Assembly (NCBI GenBank): GCA_026936335.1
Contig: JAPMXV010000029.1
Span: 687,366 to 751,365, forward strand
Length of the DNA: 64,000 nt
Direction: 5' to 3'
Source of the DNA: Mantamonas sphyraenae STR306
Taxonomy: Eukaryota; Protista; CRuMs
The notes beneath the pieces are model-generated. The model saw only the letters and a list, made by a program, of their open reading frames with translations, was not told where the DNA came from and ran no database searches. Of this stretch, positions 13,978 through 24,610 are shown piece by piece (position 1 is the stretch's first letter; every line of letters begins with the position of its first letter). The translations under genes and the position numbers were made by a program.

Positions 13978-15661
13978 TCACTTGCAGCCAGCCAGGATGT
14001 GGCCACTGCACTTGGTGCCGGAGCTGGAGGGCATCTTCCAGCTGCTGCCGCACTTGCACGGGGTCAGCTTGTTGAACCCAAAGTACACAAACTTGGCGGC
14101 TTGCTTGCAGTTGGCTGCGCTCTTGCCCGGGTTCTTGTCGCACTGCGAATCGATGGCACGGGCCTGGCATGCGTACATGGCACGCTCGCAGCAGCAGGCG
14201 AAGTAGGTCTTGGAGGCCTCATAGCAAAAATCGTGCAGCTTGCAGCAGGCATCGGCAGCGTCAATGGTCGGCTTGCAGTTGCCCTTCTTGGCACACTCCT
14301 TCTTTTGGCCATATCCCGGTCCGCACCAGTTGCCGTGGACGGGCATGCTCAGCTTGGGGAAGAAGCGCATGCTCTTCAGGATGCGCCAGTACCACTTGGC
14401 CTTGTACGCCATCTCCTCAAACTTGTTCTTGAGGCTGCCCAGCAGAGCCTGCAGGCGCTTGTACACCTGCGGTGCAAGCTCCTTGGCCGCCGTCTTGAGG
14501 ATCTCTCCCCACGACTTGATCTTGTTCCACGCCACCTTGCTCCAGTTGCTGGCCTTGTTCTTCAGGTTGTTGAAGTGGTGCTTGGCGTACGCACTGTACT
14601 TCTTCCACGCCGCCGGTGCCTTCTTCAGCGTCTCCTTGAACTTGTTTGCCATCGAGTCGAATTTGGCCTTGGCCTCCGTCTTCTTTCGGCTCAGCCATGC
14701 CTTGGCGCGCCTCCAGAACTTGTCTTCTTCGTCGTCGTAGTCACCGTCTTCAATCATCGCCTCGGCGTCGTCAAAGGCATCCTCCACGGCAAAGCCCAGG
14801 TTCTGTGTGGTGGGTGTGTGTGTGCTTGCGTCAGTGGCCCTCTTTCCTTTGCAAGCGGCGACCGTACAGGGAGGCCACACAACAGCTCGATCATCCCCAC
14901 ATGTGTGCTGCATGATATTTGTCTGCATCTGCGTCACGTGCCGCGGTTGCCTGCACCCATGCGTGCAGGCGGAGGCAGAAGAGCACCTGCCACGCCTTGC
15001 GAAAAAAGGCTCCACGCTACTGCGTTTGCCTTCTAGGCCGTAGCAACTCTATGCGTTCATCATGATCCATACACACATGTGTGTCCTCACACAGGCGGCA
15101 GGCGCCGTGAATCCCAGACCACACACGATCGCACAAACCCGTGTGGGACCGGCTGCAGGCTGCAATCGCGGCCTGTGGAGAGCGGAAAAAAAACGATGAT
15201 GCGCAAACCACAACGCGTGCTTGCACCGTGTGGGATGTCGAGCGGCTGGCTGAAGGGTTTGGTGGAGGAAAAAGAGGACACATATGGTTGCAAGGCGGGC
15301 CTGCATGTCAACTCACGTAAGCCTGGTCGACAAGGTCGTCGTTCTTGCCGACAAAGTCGTCGTCCTCGTCCTCAACCAGCTCGGATTCCTCGAGCGGGTG
15401 AGCGTTGGCGGTGGAGCTCAGCAGCTTGCTGGTGGCCTGCTGGAAGGCGTCGTGGTGAATACTCTCACCCAGGGCCTCCCAGTAGGCGTCAAACTGCTCG
15501 TCGGTGACCTCTGGGTTGAGGAGCTCGATGTGTGTTTTGAGCTCCTCCTTCTCCAAAGAGCGGTCGTCTGCGTCTGCGATTCCGTGCAGATGCACCTGCT
15601 TTTCCGCAGTGGCACCGATCACAAACAGCACAAGAAGAGCAATGGCAACGTGGCGCATCAT
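13978..15661 (-). CDS. Secreted phospholipase A2-like precursor with acidic pro-region and cationic amphipathic segment
   Basis: Exon 15661-15317 (signal peptide MMRHVAIALLVLFVIGATA, acidic), phase-0 intron 15316-14803, exon 14802-13978 with Ca-loop HGNWCGPG and catalytic DACCKLHDFCY. Confidence 0.8.
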
Positions 15662-15703
15662 GGCTGGTTTTTTTCTTTGGCGCAGCTGGAGTCGCGCTCC
15701 AGT

Positions 15704-17134
15704 CTAGCACGCACACCCCTCCTCTTCCTTGTTGTCGCCCTGTGCGTTGGAGGACGTGCCATCGTTGGCGCCTGTGCTGTTGGAACCCTTATCGTCGGAC
15801 ATGAGGTTGAGGGTGGAGGTGAGCTTGTCGTCCGAGCTGACGGTGACGATGCTGCTGCCCTGCTCCGCCTGACGCTCGAGGATGTGATCGAGGAGTGTGT
15901 CCATGGCCTTGTCGATGTTGGTGTTCTCCTTGGCCGACACGGGGAACCAGGCCACAAAGTTGTTGTCGTGTGCAAATTTTTCGATCGTCTCTGTGGGCAC
16001 CTTGCGGACGTTGATGTCCGCCTTGTTTGCCAGCAGCATAGCCGGCACGGGTGTCTCGTCCTTTAGCAGCACCTTGCTGTCCAGATCTTGCTTCCACTTC
16101 AGGATGGATGTGAAGCTCTTCTCCATGGTGAGGTCAAAGACAAGGATGGCGGCGGTGGCTTCCTTGTCTGTGTGGTGTGGGAGTGTGGGGAGATGTCAGC
16201 ACACCGCCGCGACAGTGACACAACCGAGAGCGATGGACACGCGCATCCCACATGCGTGCACTCTGCCTTGTAACTCACAGTAGACACGCGTCATGTTGCC
16301 GAAGCGTTCTTGGCCTGTGGGGACGGATGGACGGGAGGGCAGGCGGAAACGCGGTGTCAGCAACGCTGCACACACGGCCAAACGGTTGTACGGGGTCGGA
16401 TATGGGCGTGATCTTGTTGGCGACGCTGTAGGTCCGATGCACTTGTGCACAGGCAGCAGACAGCAAGGTTATGCAGGATGGCCAGCAGCCTGGACGCGAG
16501 GCAGGAGGGGATGCCGCTCCAGATCGCTGAACTGACCTGCAATGTCCCAGAGCTAATTCGCGGCAGTTGGGAACACAGCACGAGACGCAGGAGCACAGGA
16601 GAGTCATGCGCGGTGGGTTCAAGAGCAAGAGAGACGCATCGTGGGCACGGGAGTGCGGGGCAGAGTGAATCGGAAGCAGTGTGAGTGACAGCTGGGTGTC
16701 GAGAGAGTCCCCGGGAGAGAGGTTGGGGAAAAGAGGGTCGGGCTGCTGCTCCACTTCTCGCCCCCTGAGCCTCGTACCTGCAAGCGAATCAGTTGCTCGC
16801 CGCGCTTGACGGCTTTCAGGGCAAAGTCGACGCCAATCGTGTACTTGTACTTGGACGAAAAGGTGTTGTCGACGTAGCGGCGGATAATAGACGTCTTGCC
16901 TGGGTGTCGGGCAAACAGGGTCAGCTTCCGCTGCACAGCGGGTCAAGCGAGATGCGACACCTGGCACATATCACCGCCACATGGGGACAGGGCGCGCTGT
17001 GCTTTCGATGGGTGTGCGGCACAAAGGCTACTGGGCAAAGGGACGGCTGAAGAAAGAAACGCACCCACGCCGGCATCACCCGTCACAATGATCTTCAGGA
17101 GGCTGGCCTTCTGGCCTTCCGAGGAGACAGACAT
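15704..17134 (-). CDS. Rab32/Rab38/Rab29-subfamily small GTPase
   Basis: Exons 17134-17065, 16899-16778, 16552-16537, 16314-16279, 16167-15704. Motifs GDAGVGKTS, TIGVDFALK, WDIAGQERFGNMTRVYY (subfamily-diagnostic), LLANKAD, SAK and C-terminal CAC prenylation site. Confidence 0.93.
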
Positions 17135-17370
17135 GAAAACTGTGCACGAAGCCAAGGGTGACAATACGCAAAGCAAACAAAGAGAACGAAGTATGCGTGC
17201 GAATGGACGATGTCAGCAGAGCAACGCAGGCAGAAACCAAAACCTCGACGAAACGAACAAAGTGGGGATTCGATGTCCGCAAAGGCGCAAACATTGTTGA
17301 ATCCAATCCATTCACCCTGCCAAACATACTTGAATTCTTGGTTTCATTCAACCCAATCCACTTCCCCCCA

Positions 17371-18867
17371 TCACTCCTCTCTTGTTTCCAGGGGTTGGAT
17401 CTGGATGAGTTCAGGGTGCGGCTCGCCAGCAGCCACCATTGTGGGCAGCTGTCGATGGAGGTAGATGGGTAGCGCAACAGTGGGCAGGCTGATCGCCAGC
17501 AGGAGCAGATTCACCTCGAGAAAGGAGCCGCCAAACACTTCGAGTGCAAGGGCGAGCAGTCCAGCTTGGGCCAGATTGAAGATGGTGCCGGCCAGATTGA
17601 TGAAGCCAAACAGAGTGCCAAAGTGGTGGAAACCAAACACCAGGCCGACCATGAAAGCGACAAAGCCGTAGAGCATCGGACGAAACAACGCCAGCAACAC
17701 CCAAAACACAACTTGCACGGGCAGCAGCTCGATAACGTTGAGAATGCCCATCAGAACAAGCATCACCACCATTGTATATGCGCCCTGAATAGGACCCCTT
17801 GCGTCGTAGAGCCATGAGATGATTGGAATTGCAACGAGAGCGCCCGACGGCAGTACAATGGTGAACACAGACAAATACTCGGAGCCTTCAGCTGTGTTTG
17901 TGGTCATACTGTCGATCTGCGATCCGGCCGTTCCGATGATGAAGTTGATGCGGATCATGGAGACGCTGACGATCAGGAGAACCAAGAGAAACTCCTTGCT
18001 CTGCATCTGCTCCTTGACACTCTTGTCCCACATGAAACTCCTGTAGTACTCCAGCACTGTCTCTTTTTCGCTGCGTGTCTCGATTGCCTGTGCTGGTGCA
18101 TCGGCGGGGTTTTCGCTGGACGACGAGTCCGCAGTGTCACCAGGGTGCTGCAGCACACCATTCGGGTAGGCCCACGCCACAGAGAGGAGCACGAGAAATG
18201 CCAGCACGGTGTACGCGTAAAACAGCGACGGACGTGAGATGCCTGCGCCGTGCAGAGCCTCGAGAACGACAAAGACCACTGCGCCAACGTCAAACGCAGC
18301 TGTGACAAAGCCGTTGATCTGCCCCGTCTTTTCTGGAAACAAGTTGGCGAGAGGGAACCCTGCAGTGTAGACGGCAGGTGCAGCCACGCCAATGCAGGTG
18401 TAGCCGGCCAGAAACGCATCAAACGTCTTGGAACTGCTCACAGCCATCAGCAAGCTCCCAATGACCAGAAGGGTGGATCCAGAGATGGCCACCATGCGCT
18501 GACCGATGTGGTGCATGGCCACGCCCCACCCTAGCGAAGCAAGGGCCATGGCGCTGCTGGCTACGCTGAAGATGATGTTCAGTTGCAGCAGTTGGGCGTT
18601 GCACGGCGTGGCCTGTCCTCCCGTGCACAGCTCCGAATACTCACCATCGAGAAGAAGCACATTCTGCAGGGAGGCCCAGCCAAAGATGATGCCCGAGGTC
18701 CAGAAGACAGCATTGACGGAGATGGCAATGCGCACCCAACGCGCAGTGCTGCTCTTGGCCAATAGGGCCGCGTGTTGGGACTCCAACGCACTGTGTCCCT
18801 TTGTTTCTGGTGCGGCTGCACCCGTGTCGATCTTCAGCTGTGGTGGCGTTGGTTGTGGGGAAGCCAT
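17371..18867 (-). CDS. MFS transporter, SLC43/LAT3-like
   Basis: Intronless with about 12 hydrophobic helices. SGIIFGWASL..VLL.DGEYSELC, NLFP, FHHFGTLFG. Confidence 0.8.
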   Translation of the reverse strand: MASPQPTPPQLKIDTGAAAPETKGHSALESQHAALLAKSSTARWVRIAISVNAVFWTSGIIFGWASLQNVLLLDGEYSELCTGGQATPCNAQLLQLNIIFSVASSAMALASLGWGVAMHHIGQRMVAISGSTLLVIGSLLMAVSSSKTFDAFLAGYTCIGVAAPAVYTAGFPLANLFPEKTGQINGFVTAAFDVGAVVFVVLEALHGAGISRPSLFYAYTVLAFLVLLSVAWAYPNGVLQHPGDTADSSSSENPADAPAQAIETRSEKETVLEYYRSFMWDKSVKEQMQSKEFLLVLLIVSVSMIRINFIIGTAGSQIDSMTTNTAEGSEYLSVFTIVLPSGALVAIPIISWLYDARGPIQGAYTMVVMLVLMGILNVIELLPVQVVFWVLLALFRPMLYGFVAFMVGLVFGFHHFGTLFGFINLAGTIFNLAQAGLLALALEVFGGSFLEVNLLLLAISLPTVALPIYLHRQLPTMVAAGEPHPELIQIQPLETREE

Positions 18868-19053
18868 TGCCGCGACGGCGCGCCGTCTGCAGCCCAGCCC
18901 CTGCGGCACCGTGCTGCTGCATTGATTGGACACTGCACCAGGCACTCACACACGCGCTTCCCTCCATCACACACGATCACTGTCACCCTCTCTCTCCACC
19001 CATGTGGCAACGCAGGAGCTTCGTCAGGGCAGCGCGACGCAATCCAACGAGTC

Positions 19054-19785
19054 ATGGGTGCTGGGACGTCGCGCAAGAAGGACAGCAAGCAGGGGCAAGA
19101 ACAGGGAGTGGCCGATGGAGAGTCGGGCAGGAGCAAAACACGAAACTTGGGAGCACGGGACGGGGCAGACGGAGGTGAGAGCAGTCCAAAGGCAGGGCTG
19201 GGCCGAGCAAAAGGGGCGAGCAACGGCCTTGTTGCCAGCGAGCAATCGACCGTGTTTGAAACACGCCTGGTGCCTCCCCTGGACGCCATGGATGAGGAGG
19301 ACACACAGAATGCCGTGGTTCTGCAAACAGCACTGCGAGGCCTGATGGACAGGTTGGCCAGCCTGGATTCGATCGACTCGAGCACACCCAAGGTGCGGAG
19401 CGCCGAAGGGAGGCATTCGCAGCACGCTCTCATCAAGGAGGCGTCTCAGCTGCAGCGCTCATCGCTGTTTCCAGGATACAAACAGACGGTGGGCTACGCG
19501 CAGGACTTTCTGGAAGGGTTCCTTGTGCCCACTGCGTCTGTGGACCCGCGAGGCGGCGGTGGTCTGGGTGGCGAGGGTCGCAGGGAGCAGCAGAGGGCTC
19601 AAGGCCGGATGTATGCAGGCGTGGTGGGCACAGCCATGATGCCAATCGCAACACCGAATCTGGGCGAGACAACCACGTGGAGCAGTGGCGTGCGTTCGCC
19701 GCTCGGTTGGGGCTCCAGCGTCGTGTCGCTGTCCCAGATGGATTCCATGTCGTCTCTGTACAGCACGGACGACGAGAGCTGGTGA
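19054..19785 (+). CDS. Hypothetical protein with probable N-myristoylation signal
   Basis: MGAGTSRKK (MGxxxS plus basic residues), 243-aa ORF, Ser-rich tail, no recognised domain. Confidence 0.55.
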   Translation: MGAGTSRKKDSKQGQEQGVADGESGRSKTRNLGARDGADGGESSPKAGLGRAKGASNGLVASEQSTVFETRLVPPLDAMDEEDTQNAVVLQTALRGLMDRLASLDSIDSSTPKVRSAEGRHSQHALIKEASQLQRSSLFPGYKQTVGYAQDFLEGFLVPTASVDPRGGGGLGGEGRREQQRAQGRMYAGVVGTAMMPIATPNLGETTTWSSGVRSPLGWGSSVVSLSQMDSMSSLYSTDDESW

Positions 19786-19841
19786 AGGAAGCAACGGTGG
19801 GATCGGCTGGCAACAGCGCGTGGGGGACCAGACCAAAGGTG

Positions 19842-20764
19842 ATGGACAGCGAGGACCGGTGGCGCGAGCTTCTTGTGAAGCACTCCGGCCAGTTTGACCT
19901 GGACATGGTCACGTCGCTCAACTTGTGTGGCGCTCTGCAATCTCTGTCCCAAAGTGACCTGGGTGTGATTGTGCAACTGTGTCCCTCGCTGCAGGAACTG
20001 GATGTGTCGCAGTTGGGCTTGGACGCCCTGCCCGACAACCTGCACGCACTTGCCTCCCTTCGTCGGCTGGTGGTCATGGGCAACAGGATAGCCTCTTTGG
20101 GTGCGTTCTTTTGCGCATCCTATTGTGTTTTTCTTTTGGTTTGTTTGCATGCGCATGGCCATGGTCCCGTCACAGCACCCGCTGGGGAACCGCGCGGCCG
20201 TTTCCGGCGCGCAACTGGGGTGGACTTTTCCTGCCTGTTCACAGCGCACACGGTTCACGACACACATGGCTGACCATCCCCACCACCCCTTCAGATCCTG
20301 TGGCTGGCCTGGACGCACTTCAGTACCTGGACGTGTCGCATAACAAGCTGGAGACAGCCAAGCAACTGGAGCCGTTGGCCGGCCTGGAGTCGCTCACTAC
20401 GTTGCATGTACAGGGGAACCCAGTGGGAGACGCCAGCGACGAGTTGGTAGAACATCTATCGACGCTTCTGCCCGGTCTCCGCTGCTTGAATGGCGAAAAT
20501 GTGGCGTACAAGCGAGTGCACGACGAGATGATGCAGGAGATCCTTCGCCCGTTGACGCCCATCGAGGTGCCGCCGCAGGATCCTTGGCTTGACAGCGTGG
20601 ATCTTGGCAGTGCCCTCGTGCCATTGGACGGATTCCTGGACACCCAAGCGTGGGACAAACTGGTGGCGTCGTGCCAGCATCTCGTGGCCACGGCAGACGC
20701 CACCGTGCAACTGGCAGAGGCACAACGCAGTGAGCGCGAAGCGGATCAAACGGCCAACGATTAA
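19842..20764 (+). CDS. Leucine-rich repeat protein, LRRC61-like
   Basis: LLVKHSGQFDLDMVTSLNL, LQELDVSQ, LQYLDVSHNKL, LHVQGNPV...LPGLRCLNGE (LRR cap). Intron 20101-20294. Confidence 0.75.
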
Positions 20765-20811
20765 AAAAAAAGACATGGGTTGAGGTGACCTCTGCATTTG
20801 GCATGGCATGC

Positions 20812-23250
20812 TCAGAAAACGCGCAGATCACTCGAGGGAATCTCTTCGAGCCCGTCGTCGAGGTGAAAGAGAAAGAGGGATTGGGAGAGGAGGGCAAACG
20901 CGGAGCACATGTGCCAGATATCGTGGTAGTCATAAAAGTTGAGGAGGGCGCAGTTGCGGTTGAGGTTCTGCGAGTCGGGAAGGCTCACGTTCTTGTTTGT
21001 GGTGACTTGCTCAAAGAAGTAAAACGCGACGGCCCACAACGCAAGGGTGATCACAAGGAGAAGCCACGTTGTGCGCGGGATCGGTGCCGGGTCATATGCC
21101 ATCTTGAGGATGAGGTAATAGCAAAGAAAGACAAAGGCGTTGAGGACGACAATGCCGAGCAGGAGCATGGCAAAGTCCTTTTGCAGAGTGACGCCGACCA
21201 CGACGGCGACGATATCGACGACATTGAGAAAGACAAAGAGGGCGAGGGTGTTGCGGTTGGCAAACACCCTTCGGAAGACCTGGCGGCTAAAGCTGCGGCT
21301 CCAGGACTCGCCACCCATGAGGACGCCAAAGAGGACAAAGAGGTCAAAGACGGCGATGAACAGCAGGAGGGCGACGAGGAGGAATGTGCGCCACTCCTGT
21401 CGCATGATGTTGTGTGTGGTGTCCACGACAGAGCCAAAGTAGTTGAGAAGGATGATGGCTGCAAACCAGGGGAACACCTTGACGGGCAGGAGCTGCTCTT
21501 CCTTGCGCAGGTGACGCTTCTGATAAATGACCACCGTGGTGATGCCTGCAATGATAAACATAAAGGAGGTGTCAAACTGGAAGATGACGCGGGTGGGGCA
21601 GATGTGGTACATGGCAGAAAAGATGCCCTCTGCGACAATGGCGTACCCAAGGGCCTGGTAGAGGGAGTAGCGGTGAGGCACACCACGGCCGGTGAAGCGA
21701 ACGAGACTTTGGTGGCGTTGACGTACCAAACAAAGCCAATACCACAGATGACGTAGAACCAGTTGCTCCACATGGTGTTGTAGGCGGTGAAGTAGAGTGG
21801 TCTGGAGCAGAGGGTGTTGTAGTAGCACTGCGCACGTGCTCCCCCGCTGTCATGCACCGTGGTGAACTGGCCAAACACGTACTGGAACGAAGGGATGCCG
21901 AAAAAGGCGGCGGCCATAAACACGGCAAACACGTAGTACTGGTTGTCTTCACTCTCCTCCATGCTGGTGACATCGACATTGATCATAAAGTGGCTGCGTG
22001 CGGCAGTGCTTTGGTGGAGAAAGCCGCTTGCAGGCTGCTTGGACAGGGAGAGCGAACCGGTGAGCGGGCGGCTCTCGTCACGCCAGCTCTCGATGCCGCC
22101 TCCAGTGTTGCCCTGACGGCGAAGCTCGTAGCGCTGATACAGGATCATGGCACCGATGATGAGGAGAGACAGGAAGGGGAAAATGCTGGGCCAGGCGTAC
22201 TCGGTGTATGGCAGCGAGGGCCGCAGCGTGATGGAGTAATCCTTGACCGTTGTGTTGGCGAGTCCCTTTGTGTCGAAGCCTTCCACGGCAACAGCCATGT
22301 ACCACAAGCCCTCCTGGAGAACGGGGACAGAGGTGGAGGAGAGGGAGATGGCCACTTGTTTGGTGAAGCGGGTCATGGAGATGTCTGTGTGGGCAAAAAC
22401 ACAAAGCCAGGAACGTCATGAGGACGGGGTTTGAGTGAGTGGAGGGAGGGTGAACAAGGGCAAGGGTGGAAGTCCTGTGGGCGGGCGGGGGGGTGGGCGC
22501 AGGGAAGGGGCGGTGTTTACGCACTCTCTTGCAGGAAGGAATGTTCGATGCTGGGGCAGGAGTTGCGACGAAGAATGGCGACTGCCTGGGCAGGGGTGTT
22601 TGAGGTGATGAGGAGTTCCAACGGTTGCTTAAACGCCTGGTCCTTGGTGACACGGAACTGGAAGAAGCGGGAAGAGCCAAGCGGCAGTTTGCCTGTGGTG
22701 GGCTTTCCCAGGCCGAGTGTCGGGTTGACTAAGCGGGCCATGAAGCGATACATGCCCTGGCCTGCAAAAGACCGGCAAGGGCGAGATGGGCGACGGTGTG
22801 TGGGGAAATTGCGGGTCAGCTGGGGGGCTGGCACAGTGGTGCAGTGGAGACTGGGGGTGGGAGAGGTGCGGGAAAGGCAGGAGAAAGCAGGCGGTGGGAC
22901 GGGAGGGGAAACCGACCAGAGACTCGGATGAAAAAGTCGGCCACGGGTTTGTTGTCTTCGGGACAGATTGTGACAACCTCGCGGTAACTGCTGTACTTGT
23001 TGGGCAACTGCAAGTATTCCAAGGCTTCATATTCCTCGTTGCGTACGGCAAGGGTGATTTTGTCGCTGCCACCGGAGAGGACTTCGGCATCGAGCTCGAG
23101 CAGAGTGCCGGCCTGGGCTTGGATGTGGAACTCGACGCCGGTCTGAGTGGCATTGGTGACAACTGGCACACCAGGTTCGATTTCTACGGCAGAGCTGTAA
23201 GCAGCCAGGCCGAGGAGAAGGAGGAAGCAGAGAACGAGCGGTCGGTTCAT
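20812..23250 (-). CDS. SID-1 transmembrane family protein (SIDT/CHUP, CREST superfamily); one apparent frameshift near 21705
   Basis: Signal peptide. Exons 23250-22917, 22761-22525, 22384-20812. Motifs CYYNTLCS, NTMWSN, EGIFSAMYHICP...FQFDTSFM, SQNLNRNC, FYDYHDIWH. Confidence 0.92.
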
Positions 23251-23285
23251 CTCCGAATTGAGTGGCGAGCCCAGGGCAGGCCAAC

Positions 23286-24560
23286 ATGAGCAGCAGGAGT
23301 GGCACGGGTGGCATAGGGAGCGGCAAGAGCGAGAACGACAGTCGTGGAGACAAGGTCACGTGCGAGAAGGAGAGTTGGACATGGGCAGAGGCTGCAGTGT
23401 GCAGTGTCGTGTGGCTCTGGTGCAGCAAGCAGGACGATGGCAGTGTGTGGCGATCGCTGCTGGAGGACGAGCGCCGTGGATGCGACAGAGAGGCACACAT
23501 CTTTGGTAAACATTGGTACGATGCGTGTGCGGAAGAGCGCGTCGCGGCGATCAAAGAGGAGTTGGCAAGGAAGCGGGCGGCAAAGGCGTCGGCCATCCGA
23601 AGAGAGCTTGGGTTGGAATCCAGTATCGGAGGTGAGGACGAATGTGCTTTGGATGAAATGGACGCTGCAAAGAAGCATGAGGAGACGGGAACGTCGTCGA
23701 GCTCGGCAAGCACTACTCAGCGGCAGGGCGAGGAGGAGGATCTCGAAGACGTCCCGAAAGGGGTCAAAGATAGTGAGGAGGAGAAGATGGAGAAGCGGCT
23801 GGAGCGGTTCTTCTGTGTGCGCAGTCAGCTCGGGGGAGGGCGGACACCGTACCCGGCGCAACCGTACGCCTGCGAGGTGGGTGTCAGGTTGGTCAAGTGG
23901 GCCAAAGAAAGGCAGTTCCCAGTGAACATGGATGTGGGAGTCCATCTGCTGCAGGAGGTGGGGGATCCTGTGGGCGAGGCCCAAGCGTCGTTGGGTTCTG
24001 TGGTGGAGGATGAGCTGGGGGCGGTGCTGGTCAACGAGCCGACGGAAGGACAAGGCTGGGATGCGATACAACAGATCGTGGAGCAGGTGATGGAAACAAT
24101 GCAAGTGGGAGATCTGTTGGCGCTGCTCGGTGTACGAAGGACAAAAGGATCGCAGGAGATGCTGCCACCTGCAGTGTGGCAGCTTGTAGATGCGCTCAAC
24201 GCACCGCACACACCGGATTCAGCAAGCGAGGTGAGCGTGGGCGGGCGAGCGCTGAGCAAGCACGCAGTACGGAGCAAAGACAGCTTCTGGGGCCGGGCTG
24301 GGGGCAAGGAACGAGAGCGTAACCACAGGGCGATGGACATGCTGGAGACCGTGCTGACTCAGTGCATGTGGATCAATGTGCACTCGCTGCCTCAGGACGT
24401 GTGTGTTGTGGAGATTCGGCAAGTCGACGGGTACGGAATGCGCTGGGCATTGGAGCAGGACGAGGATACGCAAGGGGATAACCCCAAGTTCGTTTGTGTG
24501 TTTCGCGGTTTCTTGGAGCCGGTCATGGAAGGGGGACATGAGGTTGGCTGGCGACATTGA
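23286..24560 (+). CDS. Conserved hypothetical protein; C-terminus like that of plant ASCH-domain proteins and bacterial toxin-type nuclease domains
   Basis: Intronless ORF ending GGRALSKHAVRS...FWG...WINVH...EIR..DGYGMRW...FRGFLEP...GHEVGWRH. Similarity is from recall. Confidence 0.7.
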   Translation: MSSRSGTGGIGSGKSENDSRGDKVTCEKESWTWAEAAVCSVVWLWCSKQDDGSVWRSLLEDERRGCDREAHIFGKHWYDACAEERVAAIKEELARKRAAKASAIRRELGLESSIGGEDECALDEMDAAKKHEETGTSSSSASTTQRQGEEEDLEDVPKGVKDSEEEKMEKRLERFFCVRSQLGGGRTPYPAQPYACEVGVRLVKWAKERQFPVNMDVGVHLLQEVGDPVGEAQASLGSVVEDELGAVLVNEPTEGQGWDAIQQIVEQVMETMQVGDLLALLGVRRTKGSQEMLPPAVWQLVDALNAPHTPDSASEVSVGGRALSKHAVRSKDSFWGRAGGKERERNHRAMDMLETVLTQCMWINVHSLPQDVCVVEIRQVDGYGMRWALEQDEDTQGDNPKFVCVFRGFLEPVMEGGHEVGWRH

Positions 24561-24610
24561 CGGCGCCAACCCCGACAACAAAAAAGAAAACAACCACCAA
24601 CAAAAGCAGC

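Noticed and set aside
21690-21730. SID-1 frame break, or a 20-nt intron GTACGT...AAAG that would restore the frame
   Set aside because: One missing A in AAA also restores the frame (TKSLVRF) and gives a loop length closer to homologues. All other introns seen are about 79 nt or longer. Not fully excluded without RNA.
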